A stretch of DNA of 64,000 nucleotides from Candidatus Krumholzibacteriota bacterium (lineage in GTDB: Bacteria > Krumholzibacteriota > Krumholzibacteriia > JAJRXK01). Positions 27,549 through 36,078 of the stretch are shown here, one piece after another. The notes below the pieces were generated by a model. The model had not been told where the DNA came from and did no database searches. It saw only the letters and a program-made list of their open reading frames with translations. The stretch's first letter is position 1. Each line of letters opens with the position of its first letter. The stretch spans positions 135,483 to 199,482 of the forward strand of contig CAVSGG010000006.1 in assembly GCA_963727455.1 (NCBI GenBank), read 5' to 3'. The position numbers and the translations under genes are program-made.

Positions 27549-28564
27549 GAGTTCTGGGGATTGAGAGCTCCTGTGATGAAACCAGCGTGGCTTGCGTGGA
27601 CGATGGCGGCGTGCAGTCGAATCTCGTGAGTTCCCAGGTGGCTCTCCACGCGCGTTTCGGCGGGGTGGTTCCCGAGCTCGCCTCGCGAGCCCATCTGCGC
27701 AACATTCTGCCGGTTTTGGACGCCGCTCTCGAAGATGCCTCTTGGACGCTGGACGAGGTGGAAGCGGTGGCGGCGACGAGCGGGCCGGGTCTCATCGGCG
27801 CGGTGCTCATGGGACTCACCTGCGCCAAGGCCTTGGCGTGGGCCAAGAACCTGCCCTTCGTCGGTGTCCATCACATCGAGGGTCACATCCTCGCCAACGG
27901 AATCGACGCTCCCATGGCCTTCCCCGCTTTGGTCCTGGTGGTGAGCGGAGGACACACGCAGACGGTCTTGGCGCGCGCTCCAGGTTCGTACATCATCCTG
28001 GGAAGCACACGAGACGATGCCGCCGGTGAGACTCTGGACAAGACTGCGAAGCTCATGGGGCTGGGGTATCCCGGGGGCCCCATCATCGAGAAGATGGCGG
28101 CGCGCGGCCGCCCCCCCGAGGTGGAATTACCGGTAGGCCTGCGTCAGCGCGACGAACTCGATTTCTCCTTCAGCGGGCTCAAGACCGCGCTGCGGCTTCG
28201 ACTCGAGGACTTGGGTGAGAATCCGACCGAGCAAGACAAGTGTGACCTGGCCCGGGCGCTTCAGGATGCCGTCCTCGAGAGCTTGATACTGAAGACCCGA
28301 GCCGCTCTCGCCGCGGTCGCGGACGAGGGAATCGCCGGACTCTATTTGGCCGGTGGGGTGGCGGCAAACGGCCCCCTGCGGACAGCCTTCGCCGCGCTGG
28401 CCGAGGAGCGGGGCCTCGCCTTCGTTCCACCCCCCGCTCGCTACTGCACCGACAATGCGGCCATGATCGCCTGGGCCGGCCGTCTCCGGCTTTTGGCCGG
28501 TCAGCGGGACCCGCTCTCCCTGGGCGCTTTCGCGCGCGGGGCCCTCCCTCGGTGGGCCGCATGA
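27545..28564 (+). CDS. tsaD: tRNA N6-threonylcarbamoyltransferase
   Basis: LGIESSCDET, GGVVPELASRAH, HHIEGH, VSGGHT, DDAAGE..DK, FSFSGLKT, CTDNAAMIA. Confidence 0.97.
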   Translation: MRVLGIESSCDETSVACVDDGGVQSNLVSSQVALHARFGGVVPELASRAHLRNILPVLDAALEDASWTLDEVEAVAATSGPGLIGAVLMGLTCAKALAWAKNLPFVGVHHIEGHILANGIDAPMAFPALVLVVSGGHTQTVLARAPGSYIILGSTRDDAAGETLDKTAKLMGLGYPGGPIIEKMAARGRPPEVELPVGLRQRDELDFSFSGLKTALRLRLEDLGENPTEQDKCDLARALQDAVLESLILKTRAALAAVADEGIAGLYLAGGVAANGPLRTAFAALAEERGLAFVPPPARYCTDNAAMIAWAGRLRLLAGQRDPLSLGAFARGALPRWAA

Positions 28565-28638
28565 CCCACCGCGAGCTAGGCTGAGTCTCCATCCCGCCGG
28601 TAAAGTCTTTATGCGGACTGTCAGCTCCTGCCCCGATA

Positions 28639-28654
28639 TGGCAAGCAACCTGCA
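28639..28654 (+). promoter_or_regulatory. Putative sigma54 (-24/-12) promoter
   Basis: TGGCAAGCAACCTGCA matches TGGCA-N-(T)TGC with exact GG-N10-GC spacing, about 205 nt upstream of the signalling operon. Confidence 0.5.
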
Positions 28655-28741
28655 AGGAACGCGAGAGGATCACGGCCGTCGGCTCGAATCGAGCTTGGAT
28701 TCGCGCGCGGCCCACCGGGTAGCAGCTCGGGTCTGACCCTG

Positions 28742-28776
28742 CAATCCGTTGTACACATTCCAGTTACAACGGATTG
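28742..28776. repeat. Perfect 12-bp inverted repeat with 11-nt spacer
   Basis: CAATCCGTTGTA / TACAACGGATTG; flanked by GACCCT (28735-28740) / AGGGTC (28785-28790). Confidence 0.8.
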
Positions 28777-28858
28777 GTGGGAGGAGGGTCTTGCTCGTGG
28801 CTCCCGGCACCCGCTCGAGCGGCCGTGACATCCTGCAAGACACGAAGAAGGGCCAGTC

Positions 28859-29836
28859 GTGAAAGAAAGCATTCTCGTCGTCGATGACGAACCCCACATC
28901 CGCAAAATCCTGGCTTTTCTTTTGGAGCAGAATGGTTTTTCCGTGCTCACCGCGGAAAACGGGGAACGCGCGCTGGAGACAGCCCGGGAGCAGTTGCCCG
29001 ACCTGATCTTGCTGGACCTCATGATGCCCAAGATGGACGGCTACGAGGTGTGCCAGCACCTGCGTGAAGATTACAAGACGGCGCAGATTCCCATCATCAT
29101 CGTGACGGCCAAGGGCGACGTGCGCGAAAAGGTGCGCGGTCTCAAAGGCGGAGCCAACGACTACCTGACCAAGCCCTACGATCACGACGAGCTGGTGACT
29201 CGGGTACGCAACACGCTCGACTGGAGCCGGGCGCAACGGCAGGCGAATCCGCTCACCGGTCTCCCGGGGAATCAGGCGATCGAGAGCGAGCTGCAACGAC
29301 GCATCATGACCACGCAGCCGTTCTCCTTCATGTACATCGATATCGACAACTTCAAGGGTTACAACGACCACTACGGTTACTCGCGCGGTGACCAGGCCAT
29401 TCGCTTCGTGTCGGACATCATTCGTCAGACCTGTCAGCGCCTGGGAAACGAAGACGATTTCATCGGGCATATCGGCGGCGACGACTTCGTGGTCATCGGT
29501 TCTCCCGCGGTCGCGGACGCGGTCGCGCAGGGAATCGTCGATGATTTCGACGCGAACAGTCACTCCCTCCTGGATGCGGAAGACATCGAACGGGGCCATC
29601 TCGAGGTCCGGAACCGCTTCGGTGGCTCCAACGTCGTTCCCTTCTGCACCATCACTCTGGCGATGGTGACCGATACAGGAGGCACCTTCAATCACTGGGC
29701 AAAGGTGAGCGATGTTGCGGCCGAGTTGAAGAAGTACGGGAAATCTCTCAAGGGAAGCGTGGTGGTCAAGGAACGCCGGAGCCACGATTCGGATTCGGAG
29801 GCGGCGGGCATGGGGAAGGAAGAACTGATTTCCTGA
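28859..29836 (+). CDS. Response regulator with GGDEF (diguanylate cyclase) domain
   Basis: REC (VDDE, LLDLMMP, TAK, KP) followed by NPLTGLPGN, DIDNFKGYNDHYG...GD and HIGGDDF. Confidence 0.9.
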   Translation: MKESILVVDDEPHIRKILAFLLEQNGFSVLTAENGERALETAREQLPDLILLDLMMPKMDGYEVCQHLREDYKTAQIPIIIVTAKGDVREKVRGLKGGANDYLTKPYDHDELVTRVRNTLDWSRAQRQANPLTGLPGNQAIESELQRRIMTTQPFSFMYIDIDNFKGYNDHYGYSRGDQAIRFVSDIIRQTCQRLGNEDDFIGHIGGDDFVVIGSPAVADAVAQGIVDDFDANSHSLLDAEDIERGHLEVRNRFGGSNVVPFCTITLAMVTDTGGTFNHWAKVSDVAAELKKYGKSLKGSVVVKERRSHDSDSEAAGMGKEELIS

Positions 29837-29876
29837 TGTGTGGACTCAGGCAAACCAGCCAAGAAGTAGGCGGGAT

Positions 29877-32800
29877 ATGACGACGCTGCGACAGAGCTAT
29901 TCGAGTTTTCGCTACCTGGTGAGGAACGTGCGCTGGGTAGAGTTGACGATTACTGCCCTGATCGTCTTCTCGGCCCGGGAATTGAGTTACATTCACTTCG
30001 ATGCCCGGCCGGTACTTGCCATCTTTGTTCTCGCTTTCCTCTGGAATTTCCTCTTTTGGCACGCCGGCCGTCGGCACCTTCTGCGCGAGCGCGGGGTGGA
30101 GGGCTCCCGTTTGCTCTTCGTGTCGTGGCTCACCGCCGATGTCATTACGACCTTGTTGCTGGTCTACTTCACTGGTCTGACGAGCAGTCCGTTCCTCTTT
30201 CTGCTCGCGTTGCCGGTAATTCTCTCCACCGCGATGAGCGACGATACCAAACAGAGCTACGGTTTGGTCGCGGGCACGGCGCTGGGATTCCTCGCGCTCG
30301 TTGCCATGGAAAACGCGGGCAGCATTCCGCACACCGCGGTCTACCCCGCCGAGGTCGACGAACTCTTCCGCAGCCCCGACGTCGCCTTCGGAATCGGACT
30401 GATGATCGCAGCGGTCCTGAGTCTGATCGTCTTCACTCTCTATCGTTTCCGACCCAATTTCGCGTTCTTCCGCGATGGATTTCGGCAGGGACGTTTCAGG
30501 ATCCAGAGTTTCCGCACCGGAGACGTCCAGGACCTGAGACTGGAAGAAGTGGAGAGCGTGGGTCCGGAGGACCTGCTGGAGGAGGTCGTTCAGAACCTCA
30601 CCACGAACCCCTCCGTGTGCTTTGCGGCCGCGATCGTCTTCCCCGCCGGCGAAGAAACCGTCGGGGGCAGGCCCGGCAGCGATTGGCACGAGGGTCTCAC
30701 CCGCCAGCGCGCGGTGAGTATCACGCGCCGCCAGGTGATTCCGACCTGGAGCGAGTTCCACACGGAAAAGAGCGATTTCTTCAAAAGTCTGCGCTTCGGC
30801 GAGACCGGTGATCTCTGGGAGGGACCGTTCTCCTTGCTGCAAAGCGATGGACTGTTCACAAATTTCGATGGCGCGGACGTCTATCTCGCTACTCCGGTGA
30901 GCCAGGGGGGCAAGGCGGTCGTCGTGCTTCTCACCGGTTTGAGTCATCCGGTGAAGAGTCGCAACGATGTCGTGCTTCATCTCTTGCGCCTCGCTGCCCA
31001 GCTCAAGCCGCTGCTGGTAGCGGAGTCGCGTCTCACGCGTTTGCGCGGCGAGATCACCAGCTTGCACTCAGAGAACGAGAGTCTCAGCCGCCTCAACAAG
31101 ATGCAGGCGGAGTTCGTCGGCATGGCAAGTCACGAACTCAAGACGCCCCTGACCAGCATCGGAGCCTACACCGACGCTCTGCTGCTCGCGGCTGACCGTA
31201 CCGAGTTCCCCGAACGGCGCGAGTTCCTGGGAGTGATTCGATCCGAGGCGGATCGTCTGCTGAGGATGGTCAACCGCATTCTCGATTACTCCAAGATCGA
31301 GTTCAATCAGCGTGTCTTGCAGAGGCACCACTGCCAGCTGGAAGAATTGCTGGAGGAGGTCCTCGCGACGCTTCGTCCGGAACTGGAACGAAGCGGAGTG
31401 CGGGTCGAGGTCGATGTTCCCGCGAACCTTCCTCGAGTCGAGGTCGATCGGGACATGATGAAGCAGGTCTTGCTGAACCTCTTGAGCAATGCCCTGAAAT
31501 TCAGCCCCAAGAGCAGCGTGATCACCGTCAGCGCCGAGGAAGTCGCGACTACGGTCAACGTGACGGTGAAGGATATGGGCCCCGGCATTCCCGAGGACGA
31601 GGTTCAGAAAATTTTCCACCAATTCTATCGAGTACGGGACTACGGAGACGGTGTCGAGAGGACCGAGGGAACGGGCCTGGGTCTCTCCATCGTGCGCAAC
31701 ATCGTGACCGCGCACGGCGGCACGGTGCACGTGGACGGAGGATACGGCAAGGGCGCGGCCTTCAGTTTCACCATCCCGAAGGAACATCACGTCAACAGCC
31801 AACCCGAGACGGTCCTCGGTGAGGTCACGCGCAGTCCGGAGTTCGAACGCCTCATGCGCCTTCTAGTTCGCATGGTGGCCGACTACATGGACTGCAAGAT
31901 CGTCTCGGTCATGCTTCTTTCGCAGGACCGCTCCGAGCTCTTCGTACAGATCGCCTACGGCCTGGACGAGTCTATCGTGAAGGACGCCCGAGTAAGGGTG
32001 GGCGAGGGAATCGCCGGCCGCGTGGTCGCAAGCGGTCGCCCCCTCCTCATCGACAATGTCGCCGATACCGAGGGCTTGGAATCGCGTAGTCATACCGATC
32101 AATACGACACCAACTCGCTGGTCAGCGTGCCCCTCTTCATGAATGGTGAAGTCGTCGGCGTGATCAATTGTAACAACAAGGTCACCGGCGATTCGTTCTA
32201 CGCCGACGATTTGAGTTTGCTGATCACACTGACCGAGAAAGTGACGGTCGCGCTGGCGAGAGCGATGGCCTACGAGAACAGCAAGGGCACCCTCGACAAG
32301 ACTGTCGACGCCTTACAGTCTCTCGTGGAGCTGCACGCCTCCGAGGTGAGAACTTCGCCGCGGTCGGTGCGCTATGCGATGGATCTGGGCCGACGGCTCG
32401 GTCTCACCCGGCAGCAGGTTCTGGCTCTGCAATACGCATTCGTCATTCACGACGTCGGCATGACCAAATTGAACGAGGACATCATCCGCAAGCGCGGACC
32501 TCTCAGCGAAGACGAAATGAGCGTACTGCGCGCTCACCCAACGGTCGGCGTCGAGATGCTCGAGCCATTCATGAGCGCGGACGAGTTGGAGGAAATCGTC
32601 CGCTACCACCACGAGCGAGTAGATGGATCGGGATATCCGCACGGACTCAAGGGCGAACACATCCCCCTGCCCGCGCGTATCGTGGCCGTGGTGGATGCCT
32701 ACGAGTCGATGACCTCCCTGCGCGCGTACCGGGTGACGCTGACTCCGGCTGAAGCGGCGGAGGAACTCGTGAAGTACGCGGGAAGCCAATTCGACGCCGA

Positions 32801-32912
32801 GGTGGTACGCCTGTTCCTGGACGTGCTCCTGGAAAACGGTGAGCTCGACCGGCTCAACTGGGAACGACTGAAGGAGGGGGAGCAGTGGCTACGCCCCGCG
32901 TCCTTGTCGTAG
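29877..32912 (+). CDS. Membrane histidine kinase fused to C-terminal GAF and HD-GYP domains
   Basis: About 6 TM helices; SHELKTPL, NALKF, DMGPGI, GTGLGL; GAF (GEGIAGRV, SLVSVPL, VGVIN); IHDVG, HHERVDGSGYP. Confidence 0.88.
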   Translation: MTTLRQSYSSFRYLVRNVRWVELTITALIVFSARELSYIHFDARPVLAIFVLAFLWNFLFWHAGRRHLLRERGVEGSRLLFVSWLTADVITTLLLVYFTGLTSSPFLFLLALPVILSTAMSDDTKQSYGLVAGTALGFLALVAMENAGSIPHTAVYPAEVDELFRSPDVAFGIGLMIAAVLSLIVFTLYRFRPNFAFFRDGFRQGRFRIQSFRTGDVQDLRLEEVESVGPEDLLEEVVQNLTTNPSVCFAAAIVFPAGEETVGGRPGSDWHEGLTRQRAVSITRRQVIPTWSEFHTEKSDFFKSLRFGETGDLWEGPFSLLQSDGLFTNFDGADVYLATPVSQGGKAVVVLLTGLSHPVKSRNDVVLHLLRLAAQLKPLLVAESRLTRLRGEITSLHSENESLSRLNKMQAEFVGMASHELKTPLTSIGAYTDALLLAADRTEFPERREFLGVIRSEADRLLRMVNRILDYSKIEFNQRVLQRHHCQLEELLEEVLATLRPELERSGVRVEVDVPANLPRVEVDRDMMKQVLLNLLSNALKFSPKSSVITVSAEEVATTVNVTVKDMGPGIPEDEVQKIFHQFYRVRDYGDGVERTEGTGLGLSIVRNIVTAHGGTVHVDGGYGKGAAFSFTIPKEHHVNSQPETVLGEVTRSPEFERLMRLLVRMVADYMDCKIVSVMLLSQDRSELFVQIAYGLDESIVKDARVRVGEGIAGRVVASGRPLLIDNVADTEGLESRSHTDQYDTNSLVSVPLFMNGEVVGVINCNNKVTGDSFYADDLSLLITLTEKVTVALARAMAYENSKGTLDKTVDALQSLVELHASEVRTSPRSVRYAMDLGRRLGLTRQQVLALQYAFVIHDVGMTKLNEDIIRKRGPLSEDEMSVLRAHPTVGVEMLEPFMSADELEEIVRYHHERVDGSGYPHGLKGEHIPLPARIVAVVDAYESMTSLRAYRVTLTPAEAAEELVKYAGSQFDAEVVRLFLDVLLENGELDRLNWERLKEGEQWLRPASLS

Positions 32913-33268
32913 AAGACGAAGAGACTCTGGCCAGGGTCTTGAGCTTCTCGTTGGAGAACGAAGGCTACGTCGTCGCTCGGGCCGAGGACGGCGTGGAGTG
33001 CATGAATAAGGTCTCAACCTTCAGACCGGACGCCATTCTCATGGACATCATGATGCCCAATCTCGATGGGCTGGAGACCATTCGCCTGCTTCGCAGTAGC
33101 GAGCAGCACGTCAAACTTCTCATCGTTGCCGTCACGGCCAAGGCCAGCCTGTCGGATCGCGAAGAGGCCTTGGCCGCAGGAGCGGATCTCTTCGTAAAGA
33201 AACCCTTCCAGATCTCGTCTCTTCTCGATCAACTCGAAAGTCTGCTCGGCGCCCGCAGGATGGGTTGA
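32885..33268 (+). CDS. Single-domain response regulator
   Basis: VEDE, LMDIMMP, TAK, KKP; GTG start after AAGGAGGGGGAG. Confidence 0.88.
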   Translation: MATPRVLVVEDEETLARVLSFSLENEGYVVARAEDGVECMNKVSTFRPDAILMDIMMPNLDGLETIRLLRSSEQHVKLLIVAVTAKASLSDREEALAAGADLFVKKPFQISSLLDQLESLLGARRMG

Positions 33269-33271
33269 GCT

Positions 33272-35662
33272 GTGGGCGCGATTGAAGTAGACCGTCTGCT
33301 CGTGGCAACGGCCAGTTTTCTTCGCTGTCGCGAACGCAAGGAACTCGTGGCGCGCGTCACGGACTCCTTTCGCGAGACGATGGGCTTCGCCGCCGCCTGC
33401 TTGCGCCTGCGCGATCCCCTCACCGGGATGCTGGAAGTCTGGATGACCGGCGGGAGCCAGGGGCGGATCTCGTTCGGTGGAGATCTGGATCCGAGCGAGT
33501 TGGAGTCGATCCTCGCCGAGGAAAACCGCAATGGTTCGTGCTACCTCGTCCGCGGAGCGAGCGATCGCAAGGGCGAATTCCACCTGTACTTTCCGTTTCT
33601 GGGTAGTGATCAGTCCGTTCTGGGAATGATTCAACTCGCGGACTTCGAGCAAGAGGGCTCTCCCTCCGAAAACAAACTGCGCCTCGGAGAGCGCCTGGCC
33701 GAGCAAGCGGCTCTCGCCTTGGAGAGCATGAATCGCAACGAGGAGCTCAGCAAGAGCGTGCGCGAGCTCTCCAGCTCGCAACGCAGGGTCAAGGAGCTGG
33801 AAGCGCAGCAGGAAGAGTTCTTGGATGGAATCAGCCACGAACTGCGTACACCCCTCACTTCGATCCAGGCCTACTGTGAAGGCCTTCTGGCGCAACACGG
33901 GACGATGGACGAGCAGCTCAAGTCCGAGTTCCTCCAGGTGATTCTCGAGGAGAGCCAGAGACTTCACGAACGGGTCGAGGATCTTCTGGCGGTGGCGCGG
34001 CGTGAGCATCCAGCGGATAGCAAACGCCGCGAGAAATTTGATTTTTCCCAGCTGATCCGGGAAGCGGTCACGCGGATGGGAACGCTTTTCCGTGAGAAAT
34101 CTCTACGCTGTCATGCGCTTCTTCCCAGCGCGAGCGTCTTCTATGAGGGCAATCGGCCGGCGCTCGATCAAGTCGTCCTCGAACTCCTGGAGAACGCGAT
34201 CAAGTTCACCCCGGAAGGGGGGCTGGTCACCATCGGCCTGAGTGAGGCCGAAGGGGCCATCATCCTGCAGGTCGAGGACACCGGCGATGGTGTTCCCGAA
34301 GGGGAAACCAGTCGGGTGTTCGAGCGCTTCTACCAGGTGGACGGGTCCAGGACGCGTTCCCACGGAGGACAGGGACTCGGTCTCTCTGTGTGCCAGCAGA
34401 TCGTAGACGATCATGACGGGCGAATTTGGGTGGAGAAGGGGGAGAGCGGAGGAGCTCGATTCTGTGTGCGGATCCCGCGACGCCGCGCAGTTCTGCGCAA
34501 CGCGGTCACCCGGCGCACTCACCGTGACATTCGCGGCGAACTCTCAGGGCTTCTTGACGCGTCCGTGGCGCTGGTCGCCGAGCTCATGGGCTGCGGGATC
34601 GCCTCGATCATGGTCTACGACGAAAGAGAAAATTGTCTGAGGATTCAGGCCGCGGTGGGACTCGAGGAGGAAGTGGTTCGTGACACTCGGGTCGAACCGG
34701 GGAAAGGGGTGGCGGGACGCGTCTTTCAGAGTGGTCGCGCGCTTCTCTTGGAGGACCTCAGGAACGATTCGAGCCTGTCCAAGCTGGTGAACGAGCGACA
34801 GTACCAGGGCTACGGAGTGCTCAGCGTTCCCATCTTCGATCAGGAGAAAGTGGTCGGGGTGCTCAACGTCAACAACCAGAGCGAGAGCCGCGCGTTCGAC
34901 GAAGACGATCGCCTCCTGTTGGAGGCGCTCGCTCTGCGCATCGAACGAGCCTGGGCGAGTTATGAGAGTTTCGAGAAGTGTCACGATCGCATGGCGCAGG
35001 CCCGCGAGGCTTTTCGCGCCACGGTGAACTTGAGCCGTCACCGCCGAACCGAGCTGCGCGAACTCATCGTCCACTGCGGTTTGAAGGCGGCGCACGCGGC
35101 GGGCGCGGACGAGTCCGAGATCCGCGCGCTCAGCTACGCCCTGAGAATCTACGATCTCGGCCTCACCACGGTAGGCGAGGACATTCTCTCCAAGGTCACT
35201 CCACTCAGCGTCGCCGATCAGACTCTCATCCGCGATCACTCGCGGCGGGGCGCGCGACTCGTACGTGGATTGGAGGAAGATGGTGTGGTGGAAGCGATGC
35301 TCTACCACCACCACGAGAATTGGGACGGCAGCGGTTATCCCGAGGCGATCGAGGGCGAAGCCATTCCACAGGGAGCCAGGATCATCCGCCTGGTGGACGC
35401 GTTCAGTGCCATGGTGCACGGTCGTCCCGGCCGTCCACCCCTGGATCTCGACGAAGCGACCGCGCTCTTGAGGGAGGGTCTAGGGCGGCGCTTCTGTCCG
35501 CAGCTCGGCCCCTACTTCTTGCAGGCGGTGGCGGAGCGCGAACGCGTGTTTCGAGAACTTCTGCGACTTAGAAAACAACCCGTGGCCGAATCGCAACGGG
35601 CAGTCGAGCTTCCCTTGCTGGTCGGCGCCATCGACAGCGGGGTAGAGGAGGATGCGAAGTGA
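33272..35662 (+). CDS. Cytoplasmic histidine kinase fused to GAF and degenerate HD-GYP domains
   Basis: SHELRTPL, NAIKF, DTGDGV, GQGLGL; GAF (GKGVAGRV, LSVPI, VGVLN); HD replaced by YD (IYDLG), HHENWDGSGYP. Confidence 0.87.
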   Translation: MGAIEVDRLLVATASFLRCRERKELVARVTDSFRETMGFAAACLRLRDPLTGMLEVWMTGGSQGRISFGGDLDPSELESILAEENRNGSCYLVRGASDRKGEFHLYFPFLGSDQSVLGMIQLADFEQEGSPSENKLRLGERLAEQAALALESMNRNEELSKSVRELSSSQRRVKELEAQQEEFLDGISHELRTPLTSIQAYCEGLLAQHGTMDEQLKSEFLQVILEESQRLHERVEDLLAVARREHPADSKRREKFDFSQLIREAVTRMGTLFREKSLRCHALLPSASVFYEGNRPALDQVVLELLENAIKFTPEGGLVTIGLSEAEGAIILQVEDTGDGVPEGETSRVFERFYQVDGSRTRSHGGQGLGLSVCQQIVDDHDGRIWVEKGESGGARFCVRIPRRRAVLRNAVTRRTHRDIRGELSGLLDASVALVAELMGCGIASIMVYDERENCLRIQAAVGLEEEVVRDTRVEPGKGVAGRVFQSGRALLLEDLRNDSSLSKLVNERQYQGYGVLSVPIFDQEKVVGVLNVNNQSESRAFDEDDRLLLEALALRIERAWASYESFEKCHDRMAQAREAFRATVNLSRHRRTELRELIVHCGLKAAHAAGADESEIRALSYALRIYDLGLTTVGEDILSKVTPLSVADQTLIRDHSRRGARLVRGLEEDGVVEAMLYHHHENWDGSGYPEAIEGEAIPQGARIIRLVDAFSAMVHGRPGRPPLDLDEATALLREGLGRRFCPQLGPYFLQAVAERERVFRELLRLRKQPVAESQRAVELPLLVGAIDSGVEEDAK

Positions 35663-36039
35663 TGAGAAAGATCCTCGTTGTGGACGACGAGCTCTATATC
35701 CGCAACATTTTGGAGTTCGCCCTGAGCAGTGAGGGCTTCGAGGTATTCACCGTGGCAGACGGCGAACAGGCGCTGCAGAAGGCGCTCGATCTGATGCCCG
35801 ATTTGATCGTCTTGGACGTAATGATGCCCAAGCTCGACGGATTCGAAGTCTGTCGCGCCATCAAGGCCAAGGACGAAACCAAACACATCCCGGTCTTTCT
35901 GTTGACGGCGCGGGACAAGGAGGCTGACCGCCAGCGCGGCGAAGAGGTGAACTGCGACGTCTACCTGACCAAGCCGTTCAGCCCCAATAAGCTGGCCGAA
36001 CTCGTGCAGAAGTATCTGGCGCCTGCTGCCCAGGCCTAG
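35659..36039 (+). CDS. Single-domain response regulator
   Basis: VDDE, VLDVMMP, TAR, TKPF. Confidence 0.9.
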   Translation: MMRKILVVDDELYIRNILEFALSSEGFEVFTVADGEQALQKALDLMPDLIVLDVMMPKLDGFEVCRAIKAKDETKHIPVFLLTARDKEADRQRGEEVNCDVYLTKPFSPNKLAELVQKYLAPAAQA

Positions 36040-36078
36040 AGCTTCGACCCCGGGGTGCTCGGGGTCTATACTGTGGCC

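Noticed and set aside
29340-29400. Hypr-type (3',3'-cGAMP) GGDEF enzyme
   Set aside because: The specificity position retains Asp (RGDQ), not the Ser/Thr of Hypr enzymes.
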